Part shown: positions 26,852 to 38,701 of the stretch, one piece after another | Position numbering within the stretch: the first letter of the stretch is position 1 | Layout: every line of letters begins with the position of its first letter | Assembly (NCBI GenBank): GCA_043228905.1 | Contig: JBHGNT010000020.1 | Location: 13,516,001 to 13,580,000 of the forward strand | Source of the DNA: Azolla caroliniana | Taxonomy: Eukaryota > Plantae > Polypodiophyta | Direction: 5' to 3' | DNA: 64,000 nt | The notes under the pieces: model-generated | Database searches by the model: none | Seen by the model: only the letters and a program-made list of their open reading frames with translations | What the model was told of the DNA's origin: nothing | Translations under genes and position numbers: made by a program

Positions 26852-29800
26852 TGTTTGAGTTCCGGTCAAATTTGTTCAGTCCAAAAGATCAATAATGATG
26901 GAAACAGTGTGCAACCACAACGTAGTTCCACGATGCAAATGGACGATTAAACAGGAAATTAGAATGCACTTACACAGACAACTGAGACGACACCAAATGT
27001 TAACGTGGAAAACCCTAATCGGGAAAAACCACAAGACCTCACAAACTCCGAACAGGATCACTATACGTAAGAGGTATTACAATAAGAGTCTCGAAGGCAA
27101 TGACCTCGAGCTCTGTATCTTCGCCAAACGGCAGTTACAATAGAAAATGCTTTTTGTATCTCTCTCTCACTCTCTATTTCACTCTGTGTACAACAACTAT
27201 CATATTTGTCCTAAGTTATATTTATACTTATATAACTTATGGGTTATTTACAAATGTGGCCTCAATGGCCCACAAGAAACATATTTACATATTTGTCTCT
27301 CTTCCGGTTGTCACTGGATCCAGCCGGACCCCTTCTAGGTTCATCCGATCCGGTTTCCAGATGTCCTTCCGGATGCTCCGGTCCGGATCATTCTTATCCG
27401 GCTTCTCTGATCCCCATCCGGAGGGACCGGTATCTCAACAATCTCCCCCTTCACTCCTGTATGGGGTCTTCGCCAGTCTGATCCGTCTCCGGCATGCATT
27501 TAGCTTGTTGGATGACAATACTTTGGTCAGCATATCCAACCCATTCTCCTCCATGTGGATCTTCACCAGAGTGAGGTCTTGGCCTTCTACCTTCTCCCGA
27601 AGCCAGTGATATCTTCATTGGATGTGCTTCGTCCTAGAGTGGTAGGTTGTGTTCTTTGCAAGGTGGATGACACTTTGACTGTTGTAGTAGAGCCAGTATT
27701 CCTCCTGCCGGATTCCTAGCTCTCCGATGAAGTCCTTCATCCAAATTACTTCCTTGTCGGCTTCCACTGTTGCCATGTACTCCACTTCCATTGTTGATAG
27801 TACAACGGACTTCTGCAGCCTCGACTACCATGATACGGCTCCCCCCGCATATTTCATGACGTATTCGGATGTAGACCAACTAGTATCTGCATTAGCTTAC
27901 ATGGCTGAATCGGTGAAGCCTTCCAATAGGGGTTTACCGGAGCCGAACCGGAGGCACATGATCGAGGTGCCTTTCAGGTATCGGAGTATCCACTTGACGA
28001 CAACCTAGTGTTCTCTTCCCAGATTGCTCATGAATCAGCTGACCACTTCGACTGCGTATCGGATGTTCGGTAGTGTACACACCATTGCGTACATCAAGCT
28101 TCTGACTACGGAGGCATATGGTACCTTCGTCATCTCCGCGTTCTCCACTTTTGTCTTCGAACTATGCTTTTCGGATAACTTGCAATTTGCCCGAAGTGTC
28201 GACCCGACCGACTTAGCATTCGATATGTTGGATCATTGGAACACCTTCGTCATGTACTTCTCCTATGACAACCACAATAGCTTCTTCGTCCGGTCTCGGA
28301 CTATGTGCATCCCCAATATCTGTCTCGCCGAACCTAGATCTTTCATTGAGAAGGTCCAGTTCAAGGCCTTCTTCAGATTTCCGATTTTGATCCGGTACGG
28401 TTTGACAATCAGCATGTCGTCCACATACAACAGGAGTATCAGGAAGTCCCCTTCCATCAAATTTCTTCATGAACATGCAATGGTCGCCCTATGTCTTGTG
28501 GTATCCTTGATCGGTCATGAAGGAGTCGAACTTCCGGTACCATTGTCGAGGAGCTTGCGTCAGTCCGTATAAGTTGTTCCTCAACCGGCACACCAGGTTC
28601 TCCTTCCCTTTGTTGACGAATCCCTTCGGTTGTTGCATGTAGATCTCTTCTTCGAGGTCACCGTGCAGGAACGTCGTCTTGACGTCTAGCTGCTCGACCT
28701 TGAGATCCATGCTTGCCGCAATGCTCAACATAGTCCGGATGGATGTAATCTTGATTATCGGGGCAAAGATCTCATCGAAATCCACTCCCTTTTTCTACTA
28801 GAAGCCCTTCACCACGATGTGGGCTTTGTACCTCAGTGGATTTCCAACGTCTCCTGGTTTCAACACCCACTTGTTCCGGAGCGCTCTCTTTCCTTTCTGC
28901 AGCTCCGTCAATTCGTATGTATGGTTCTCATGCAGGGAATCCATTTCATCTTGCATGGCACTCAACCACTTGCGGTTGTGGGTGCCCCTCATTGATTCTT
29001 CAAGGCTTTCCAGCTCCCCCTCGTCGGCCAACAATATTCACTCTTCTTCCGGAAATCTCCGGGAGGGCCTTCTCCCTCTTAGAGGGTATCTCCGTCCTTG
29101 GTTTTCGACGATCGATTTGTCTGGCTATTCTTCATCCAAATCCGATTGAAGGTCTTGTCCAATTCCGGTGTCCGATTCTTCTTCTTCTTTGTTCGATTCG
29201 GTTCTCTGTCCAAATCCGTCCCATTCATCATGGTCTTCGGTTGACATCCGGCTTCCAACATGATGTGTCCTAGCATCTTCCAACCGATATCTGTCAGTCA
29301 ACTCGGAGTCCACTATCTTCTTCTCTGACTCCGGAAGACTATGGTCTTGTCTTCCATGAAGACTATGTCTCGACTCCAGAAAACCTTCTTGTCGATCAAG
29401 TCTCACACTCGGTAGCTGAACTCATCATCGCCGTATCCAAGGAATATGCATGGTCGGGACTTCGGATCCAATTTCGCTCTCTTGTCCTTTGCTACATGCG
29501 GTGTCAGATACCACGTTCACTTCCTCCTGGCAAATCCCGGCATGCATCAAGTGCAAAGTGTTGATCTTCCAGGCTCGAGCCCTTCTTCAAGTCGGCATTG
29601 TCGGTTCCTTTCTTTTTTTGGAAATGTCAGCAATTCTTTTGGAAGTGCCCGGGCTTCCCACAATAGAAGTACGTAGGCCTCCCCTTGACTTTGACCTCGT
29701 CCCCGTCTTGTCCCGGTTCTGGGGGCTCCGATTCCGGCCTCTTCCCCGGTTATTGTTGTCTTCCGTAACCAAAGCCTTCGGATCGGTTCTGGATTCCTGG

Positions 29801-30373
29801 TCCTTCCGGTGAGCTTCTTCATCTACCAAGCTCGGCTTTACTCTTGCTAGCGATAGGTGTTTCCCTTCCGACCCGGCGTTGCCCAAAGTGACAACCAACG
29901 TCTCCCAACTATCCGGGAAGGAACTAGGGATCGACAATGGTTCGGTTTAGGCTTAGCTGGTTTGGCCTTATCCAAGCCAAACCGGTTAAGCCTAAACCGT
30001 TTTGGGGTTCTCAAACCTGAACTAAACCGATCCTAAACCAGTTTGGGAAACGGCTTGAAAACCACCTTGCCAAATGGTTTGGAAACCTCCCTCTCTCAGA
30101 CGATCCACTATGTAGAATACAAGCTCCTTGCTTCCCTCCCTCCCTCCCTCTCTCTCTCTCTCTCTCCTCATCTCTGTAGTCTCCCTCCCTCTCTCTTTAT
30201 CTCAAGTTTCTAAACGGCTTAACTGGTTTGCACCAGTTTGGCGAGGCTCAAGCCAAGCCAAGCCGCAAACCGTAAAGGCTGGCTCAAACCTAAGCCGAGC
30301 CGCTAAGCCGCTTTAGCCAAATAGTTTAGGCTTGAGCCGAGCCATTGCCGATCCCTAGAAGGAACCGAGCAAC
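26852..30373 (-). mobile_element. Degenerate Ty1/copia element (3' LTR about 26852-27440, RNase H, RT, deleted integrase core, partial gag)
   Basis: Motifs SFPDSWETLVVTL (UBN2 gag), KLDPKS, QLDVKTTFLHG, LYGLTQAPRQWY and LLLYVDDML. PPT AGGGGGAGAT on minus at 27441-27450 next to an LTR starting TGTTGAG. Confidence 0.88.
29925..30357. mobile_element. hAT-type MITE inserted in copia gag
   Basis: TIR TAGGGATCG(A/G)CAATGG and perfect 8-bp TSD GAAGGAAC (29917-29924, 30358-30365). The gag reading LLGS|FPDSW is split by it. Confidence 0.93.
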
Positions 30374-30500
30374 AACTATCAGGATTCAGGAACTCTACTA
30401 AGACAAAGAAGTACTGTCAAGAACAGTACTAAGACAGAGAAGGAATTAGTACTAAAAGATCAGGATTAGTACTAAGAGAGGTGTAGAACTCGAGAGAGAA

Positions 30501-30553
<53 letters not shown>

Positions 30554-33364
30554 TGATAACAAAATATATATATTATGTGAAGAGAATATACAATAGTAGC
30601 TAGGAGGCTTAAGACTAGCGTTGAATTGATTTGGTTCGAAATAATGCCTTGTGCCTCCTTATATAGTGTTTTCAGGAGTACTCCTAAAGTTTCTAAAATG
30701 TTCTAGAGAAATCTAGAATATACATCAATTTTCTATAGTGAAATAATAAATGAAAATAACATCCTTCGTATTACAATGTATAGTCTAATGATAAGGGCTC
30801 GACCCATGTAACATAAGGTCATGGGCTCGAATCTTTCCATATCATTATCCTCTCTTTAAAACGATGAGTGTTACTAGTCGTTTTGGATTGAGGGCCCGGT
30901 TTGTCTGGATATTGATGATGGAAGTCTTCAAGAAGAGCACGAGCATTGGTCACATTCTCTATTGGTTCCCAAGTACGCTCGCTGGGACTATATCCTGACC
31001 AATCGACCAAATAGTAAAGCTTGTTGCGAACAATCTTGGAATCGAGGATGGAGACAACCTCGTACTCAGGTCCATTTTCAAGTTCGATCAGGGGTGGAGG
31101 TGGTTTGATATGACTTGGGATAGTGTTGTCCTAATAGGGTTCTAGAAGTGAACTATGAAATACCAGATGTATCCGTAGTTGCGGAGGTAGATCGCGACGA
31201 AAAGCGACATCATTAATTTTTCCGATAATACGGAAAGGACCCAATCATTGATAATCCAATTTATCGCATGGGCGAGTAGTCTTGATGTGTCGTCGTAATA
31301 GTCGTACCCGATCTCCAATGTTAAAACTGGATGGAAGCCGATGATGATCCGCATATTCCTTGTGTGTTTGTTGAGCTTGTTGTAAATGAGTAGATAAATC
31401 CGTTTGTATCTTGCGTAGCCATTGCAAACGATCCTCTGCACAAGGATTTGTGGGTAACTCCGGAGTTTCGAAAACACACCACCGGGGATGATAGGCCGTA
31501 TAAGCATAAAATGGTGTGACCTTAGTCGATTAGTGGACAGAGTTATTATACGCAAATTCGGCGAAATGGAGAATATCCGCCCAGTAATCTTAATGATAGC
31601 TTAGAAAACACCGAAGATATTGTTCTAGCGTTTTATTTGTTCGTTTTGCTCGTTCGTCTGTTTGTGGGTGGTAGCCGGAGGAGAGGTTACAAGTGCCCTT
31701 GAGCATTTTGAAGAGGTGCTTCCAGAATTTCGAGATAAACTGGGGTCCACGATCGCTGATGATACTATCGAGGAGGCCATGATGCCGATATACCTCACGC
31801 ATGACAGTTTCGGTGGTTTCTTCACTAGTGATTTCCTTACTACATGGCAGGAAATGGGTCATCTTCATATATCGATCTACTACTGTTAAGATCGCATTGA
31901 ATCCCTTAGATACTAGAAGATCTATGATGAAATCTAGAGCAATGGATTGTCACGGCTTGCTTGGAATTGGTAATGGTTCCAATAAACCATATGGATAGTG
32001 TCTTGGCATCTTAGCTCTACAACATGTATCACATGTCTGAACATAATCTTCGACAAATTGTCGCATATGAGGCCACCAGAATGATCATTGTACTAAATCT
32101 AACGTTTTAGTACGACCAAAATGCCCAGTTTTATATGTGTCATAACATTTTTGGACTACTCGAAGGCGACAAGAACCATTAGAAACATACAAGAGCTTCT
32201 TAAAGAATAGTAATCCATCGTGACATTCGAATTGTCGATAATCCATACCTGGTTGTTGCGATTGTGAACAAGATGCCCAAGAGGGATCAATTTGTGCTAG
32301 AATGGCTTGAGCGAAATCATCTGTCTTCAAGTCCTCACGTAGGGTATCGATAATGTGGGAATCCAATGGCATATCGAAAACCCGCGTTGCTTGCAGTCGT
32401 GCCGGTCCCAAGATTACTTGCTTTTGGTTATCGAATGTTGGCTCACCGGAATGCGGTGCTAGATACGAGCGCCGTGATAACGCATTTGCCTTCCCTTGTT
32501 GCTTCCTAGGAAGATATGTAATTTTGAATTCGAAACGAGTGAGGAATTGGGCCTATCGAGCTTGGTGTCGATTTAATACATGAGCATTCTAGAAGTAGGC
32601 AAGATTTTTGTGATCACTAAATACGGTGACTTGATGAGAAGATCCCTCTAGGAAATGCCTCCATTGCGTAAAAGAGTCCACTATTGCTAATAGCTCTTTA
32701 TCGTGAATTTCATAGTTGATTTCGGCGGCGTTAAACTTGCGTGAGTGGAAAGCCATAGGATGTAGCTTTTCATCATCGCCTTGTTGTAAAAGAATGCTAC
32801 CCAAGGCGAAATCCGACGTGTTTGTCTCAATGATGAATGGTTTTGCCGGATCAACATGAGCTACAATAGGAGCTGATGTAAATGCCTTCTTAAGACTCTC
32901 AAAAGCCATGTCCGCTTCTTTAGACCAAACAAATGACTACCCTTTCTTGGTAAGTTGTGTGAGAGGCAGAATAAGTTTTGAGTAATCATGTATAAACTTG
33001 CGGTAAAAATTGGCAAAGCCTAAAAAGCATTGCACATCTCGCAACGAATGTGGAGTCTGCCACTCTACCACAATTTTGACCTTAGTTGGATCCATAGAGA
33101 TGCCTTCCGAGGAGATGACATAGCCCAAAAATTCCACTTGGTTGCACGGAAGCTACATTTTTCTAGTTTTGCATAAAGACCATGTTCTCGAAGCTGTTTA
33201 AGTACTAACAGTACATGGGAATCATGCTCTTCTTGGGTCTTCGAATAAACCAGTAGATCATCCAAATAGATGATCAAACAAACATCCAAGAGATCTCGGA
33301 ATATATCATTTGCCATGTGTTGGAAGACTGTTGGTGCATTAGTGAGACTGAATGGCATGATCAT

Positions 33365-33858
33365 TGTCATGACTGAGAGAGAGAAAGTGTCAAGACTGAG
33401 AGAGAGAAAGAGAGAGAAAAAGAGATAGAGAGATAATTGAAAGAGAATTATTATATTGAAGCGTAAAATGGATTACAAAGAGTAGGCTACAAAATGGCGT
33501 TGAACCAATTTAAGTTTGGGATGGGTGGTAGATCCCTATTTATAAGTAATAGAGAACTCTCTAGAATATTCTAGGTTATCCTAGAATGTAGAGTAATCTA
33601 GAAGATCTCTAGAGTATTCTAGAAGGTTCTAGTGGTATAGAACACTCTAGAATATTCTAGGTCATTCTAGAATGTAGAGTAATATAGAATATTCCTATGA
33701 TATTAGATTTCATATTCTAGAGACTATACATATAAGAATATTAATACAATGGTTAAGGATTTGACATGTGTACAACAAGGTCGTGGGTTCAAATCCTTTC
33801 GAGTCATAATGTGAGTGTCATGATCCTTTCGATGCATGATGTGACTGTTATCATGACA
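33365..33858 (-). repeat. 3' LTR of element B
   Basis: Direct repeat of 38702-39195. Confidence 0.97.
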
Positions 33859-36800
33859 CTATCCCCCTTCTTCGACGACACGTCTCACGGGTCGTAGGGT
33901 TTGTATTAGGACCTGGTTTACAAGGATATTGGCGATGAAATGCATTGACGAGTTCTGCAGCATTGGAAAGATTTGTGGCAGGTTCCCAAGTTCGATCATT
34001 GGGGGTATAGCCTAACCAATCGACCAAGTAATACAACTTGTTGCGCACGATTTTAGAATCGAGAACGGCAGCAACTTCAAATTCAGGCCCGTCCAAGAAC
34101 TCGACAGGTGGTGGGGGTGTCGTAAGACGGCCCGGAATTGAACTTGTAGTATAAGGTTCCAAAAGGGATACATGAAACACCGGATGAAGATGCATGTGCG
34201 GAGGGAGGTCAAGACGAAATGCAACATCACTTATCTTACCAGTGATCATGTAAGGGCCAAAACGTTGGTAATCCAATTTACTGCAAGGTCGAGTGGTCTT
34301 GATGTTGTGTTGGAGAAGCCATACATGATCCCCAATGCGGAACTTTTTTGAGGAGTCTAGACGATGACGATCGGCAAGCCTCTTGTGTGTAAATTGAGCA
34401 TCGTGCAAATTGTGGAGAATGTTAGCTTGAATTTCTTGGAGGCGACTAAGACGATCCTCGGCAGCAGGGTTGGTAGGAACTTCTGGATGCGCATTCATCG
34501 TCCATCGAGGATGACAGCCCGTATTTGCGAAAAATGGGGAATATCCTGTAGAAGAATGGGCTGAGTTGTTGTAAGCGAATTCCGCCAAGTGCAAAAATGC
34601 AACCCAATCATCTTGTTGATAGTTGATGAAACAACGAAGATATTGTTCCAATGTCTGGTTGGTACGCTCTGTTTGGCCATTTGTTTCAGGATGATAGCCC
34701 GAAGAAAGCTTAACTGAAATGTGGAGAAGTTTGAACAGGTGCTTCCAAAACTTTGAGATGAATTGTGGACCACGATCACTAATAATATCATCTGGCAGAC
34801 CATGATGCTTAAATACCTCCCGCATAACGAGATCAACCGTCTCTTGACTAGTAATCGACTTTGTACATGGCAAGAAATGTGCCATTTTGGTAAATCGATC
34901 AACCACTGTGAGAATTGCATCAAAACCTTTTGAAACTGGGAGATCAGTAATGAAGTCCAAGGATATAGACTTCCAAGGTGTTTCCGGAATGGGAAGTGGT
35001 TGTAGTAAGCCATAGGGTCGGTGACGAGGATTCTTTGATCGACAACATATATCACAACTCCGAACATACTCCTCAACAAAATGACGAAGGCGAGGCCACC
35101 AATAGCGTCGAGAAATTAATTCTAGAGTCTTGTGAACTCCAAAATGACCAGCCATTGGTGAGTCATGGCAATGTTGCAAAACTTGTAGCCGTGGGGAACC
35201 ATCAGGAACATACAATAAATTTTGTCGAAATAGAAAACCATCATGCCAATAGAACTGACAATAGTCATTACGAGGATTTTTCGACTGTGAGCAAGAAGCA
35301 CGATCCGGGACGATATGATCCAAAACATCCTTGACGAAATCATCAGTGGCCATATGATCTCGAATGGAATCAAGAAGAGTGGAATTTTCAAGAGCTGTTA
35401 TGGCGTTAACTACCATTAATCGTAATCGATTAGGACCCAAAAGGATTTGTTTTTGATGCTCAAAAGCAGGTTCCCCTAGACGAAGTTCCATATAAGAGCG
35501 CCGAGAAAGAGCATCTGCTTTGCCTTGCTGCATCCCAGGGCGATATATGATGATAAAGTCGAAGTGAGTCAAAAATTGCGCCCACCGGGCTTGTCGCCGA
35601 CTCAAGACTCGAGCATTTTGGAAATAAGTCAGGTTCTTATGATCATTGTAGACAATGATCTGCTGAGAAGAACCTTCTAGGAAATGTCGCCATTGTTGAA
35701 ACGAATCCACGATTGCAAGAAGCTCTTTGTCATGGATCTCGTAGTTGATCTCTGCAGCTTCAAACTTTCGTGAATGAAAGGCGACAGGGTGTAGTTGTCC
35801 ATCATCTCCAGTCTGCGAGAGGACACTCCCTAGTGCAAAATCGGATGCATCGGCTTCGAGGATGAAGCGTTTTGTTGGGTCGACATGTGCTAAGATAGGT
35901 GCCGTTGTAAATGCTCGTTTTAAGCTTTTGAATGCCTCGGATGCATCTGAACTCCATATAAATGGTTGATCTTTATGTGTGAGTTGAGTAAGCGGAAGCA
36001 CAACCTTGGAATAATCTTTAATAAATTTTCGATAAAAATTTGCAAACCCGAGAAAACATTGCACATCACGCACTGAAAGGGGCGTTTGCCACTCTAAAAT
36101 TGCCTGTACCTTCATGGGGTCCATAGCAATACCATTTGACGATACAACATACCCCAAAAATTCCACTTGATTCTGGCCGAAACTACACTTTTCTAATTTT
36201 GCGTAGAGACCATATTCTCGGAGTCGGCACAGTACTTGACGAACATGTGCATCATGTTCCTCTTGGGTCTTTGAGTAGATTAAAATATCATCTAGGTAAA
36301 CTATAGTGAAGATATCAAGAAAATCTCGAAAAATATCGTTCGCCATATGTTGGAAAACAGCAGGTGCATTCGTGAGACCAAATGGCATCACTGTATACTC
36401 AAAATGTCCATAGCGAGTGCGGAAAGCTGTCTTCCATTCATCCCTCGGGCGAATCCGAACTAGATTATATGCTCCGCGAAGGTCCAACTTCGTGAAATAT
36501 TTTGCACCACTGAGACGTTCCAAAAGATTCGGGATTAATGGTAGAGCATATCTATTTCGGATAGTCACTTTGTTTAGCCCTCGATAATCCACGACCAACC
36601 GAAGAGTCCCATTCTTCTTCTTAACGAAGAAGATAGGTGCACCAGCAGGGGATCTAGAATGCCGAATGAATCCGTTTGCCAGATTCTCATCAATATATTC
36701 CCGCAAAGTCTCTAGCTCTACAGGGGAGAGATTATAAATTGGGCCCCATGGAGGTTCTTTCCCTAGTTGTAAGTCAATAGGGCAGTCGTATGGCCGATGC

Positions 36801-37497
36801 TCCGGCAATGTATTGGCCTTCACCTTATCAAAGACATCTGAAAACTCCTTGTATATCTCTGGTAGTTTAATATCCGCGTCACGTGAAGTGGATGATGGAG
36901 TTGCTACTATTGCGAAGACGAACATGGCCTCGTTCCCCCCTTCCTCCCACAACTGTCGTAAAGAGATGGGCGATAACTCCGGGGATCTATTAGCACATGT
37001 AGGAGAGAGGGATGCGGGATTTGTGCTTTTTTCCCGAGTCTCCTCAATTGTTCTTTTCATCCAATCAATCTTCGGGTTATGGAGTTCAAACCAGGGGAGA
37101 CCTAGAACTAGTGGGTGGTCCGGACTACGAATAATATTGAAAGAGATTAGGCTTGCCAAATTGCCAAGAACTATCCTAATTGGCTCAGACTCCTCGACTA
37201 TATCTCCTGATGCTATGGGACGTCCATCGATGACTCCTACGGCTACTGGGTTGGGAAGCTTATTCAAGAGGATGTTTTGTGACAAGGCAAATTCACGATC
37301 CATGAAACAAGAGTTGGCTCCAGAATCTAGAAGGGCAGAGGCTAGGACTCGATGACATGTAGATGTGGTAAGCTCGACTTGTGCTGAAAAAACTCGACTC
37401 ACTTGATTTGATGAAATGGAACCACGACTAGGAACTAACTCTACATAGCTAGGATGGTCCAGCCAAATGGCTCCTATTTTGGCCGGACTTACTCGTT
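33851..37497 (-). CDS. pol: Pol polyprotein of element B (protease, RT, RNase H, integrase, chromodomain), in the -1 frame relative to gag
   Basis: LLDSGA, YLDD, EADASD, HDSPMAGHFG...CDICC, SDRGPQF, GPY and YYLVDWLGY motifs. The frame stays open upstream of 37402 and overlaps the gag end. Confidence 0.95.
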
Positions 37498-38613
37498 TAA
37501 CACATCCTCTAATTGACTCAAGACATCGAATCTATTCTCATGACATGGACTATGAGGCTTATTTATGTTATTAGAAGTAACAATAGAACTCGATGTAGGG
37601 TTTTCATGGGCACTTACTTGGTATACTTGACGCCTAGGTTTATGTGGACAATTTACAGCTATATGTCCTGGACCACCACAATACAGGCAGAGGCGATGCG
37701 CTCGACGTCGTTGCTTCTCAGCATCTGATAACGGCCCACGACGTTGTGTTGACTCTATTTCCATCGGAGTTGGGCCATCCCTTGTAATGGGTCTAGAAAC
37801 TTGTGGAGGCGTTGCGACTACGGAAGCGTAAGTCTGTTCAGGTTGGCGGCGTAACATTTGTTGGCGCTCAGAACGTCGCTCAAATAGGCGATTATCACAT
37901 CGCACAGCTCGACTAATGGCTTCTGTAAGTGACTTCGGATCTTCAAGGAAAGTAAGAAGAAGATCTTTGACATCATTTCTCAAACCTTGACGGAATTGAT
38001 CCATTAAAGCTGCCTCATCCCAAGGGATATCGCATGCCAAGAGACGGAAATCGGCTGCATAAGACGACGCGGGACGATCTCCTTGTCGGAGCCTTCGAAT
38101 CTTGTTTATCGTTGTCCTAGTGCTGTCGGTGTCTCCGAAACTAGCTTGAAACTCTTTAACAAAGGCCTCGAAATCCTCCAGCAATGGTGATTTCTTCTCG
38201 AGAAGTGGTGCGAACCATGCTAACGCCGTACCGCATAGCAAAGTTCCCACTAATCCCACACGAGCAGCATCAGTTGGATACCGATTGGGATGTAGCTGAA
38301 TAACTAAACGAACTTGATTCAAAAAGCCTCGAAATAAAGACCTCGTACCATCAAACTTGGCAGGGAGGCTGATCTTTGGCTCTCTAGGGGAGTTCTGAGC
38401 CCCCGACGCTTGCTCTCGTAATGACAATATAGTCGCCTCAAGTTGATGAACCCGCTGTGATAACTCTTCATATTGTTGAGCTTTTTCGGCGCTCACGTGC
38501 TGTAGATCTCCAAGTAGCCTTTGATTCTCATGCTCTAATGCCACAAATTTATTCGTGAGCATGTCGAGCTCAGAAAGAACACGCATGTATTCTTGTTTGC
38601 TCACGGACTCCAT
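37489..38613 (-). CDS. gag: Gag of element B (coiled coil, capsid, CCHC knuckle)
   Basis: 374-aa ORF with EPKISLPAKFDG, LRQGDRPASSYAADF, FRQGL, PTPMEI and CLYCGGPGHIAVNC. Confidence 0.95.
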   Translation of the reverse strand: MESVSKQEYMRVLSELDMLTNKFVALEHENQRLLGDLQHVSAEKAQQYEELSQRVHQLEATILSLREQASGAQNSPREPKISLPAKFDGTRSLFRGFLNQVRLVIQLHPNRYPTDAARVGLVGTLLCGTALAWFAPLLEKKSPLLEDFEAFVKEFQASFGDTDSTRTTINKIRRLRQGDRPASSYAADFRLLACDIPWDEAALMDQFRQGLRNDVKDLLLTFLEDPKSLTEAISRAVRCDNRLFERRSERQQMLRRQPEQTYASVVATPPQVSRPITRDGPTPMEIESTQRRGPLSDAEKQRRRAHRLCLYCGGPGHIAVNCPHKPRRQVYQVSAHENPTSSSIVTSNNINKPHSPCHENRFDVLSQLEDVLNE

Positions 38614-38701
38614 AGCTTATGAGGGGAGAGGAGAAGGAAGAAGAGAACTTGTTAGGGTTTGTGGAAGACGAAGAGATGAAAGGAAAAAAATTGGTTCAAA
38701 C

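Noticed and set aside
33735-33810. Functional tRNA gene
   Set aside because: Acceptor, anticodon and T stems do not pair properly. Only promoter boxes and spacing are tRNA-like, so it is not annotated as tRNA.
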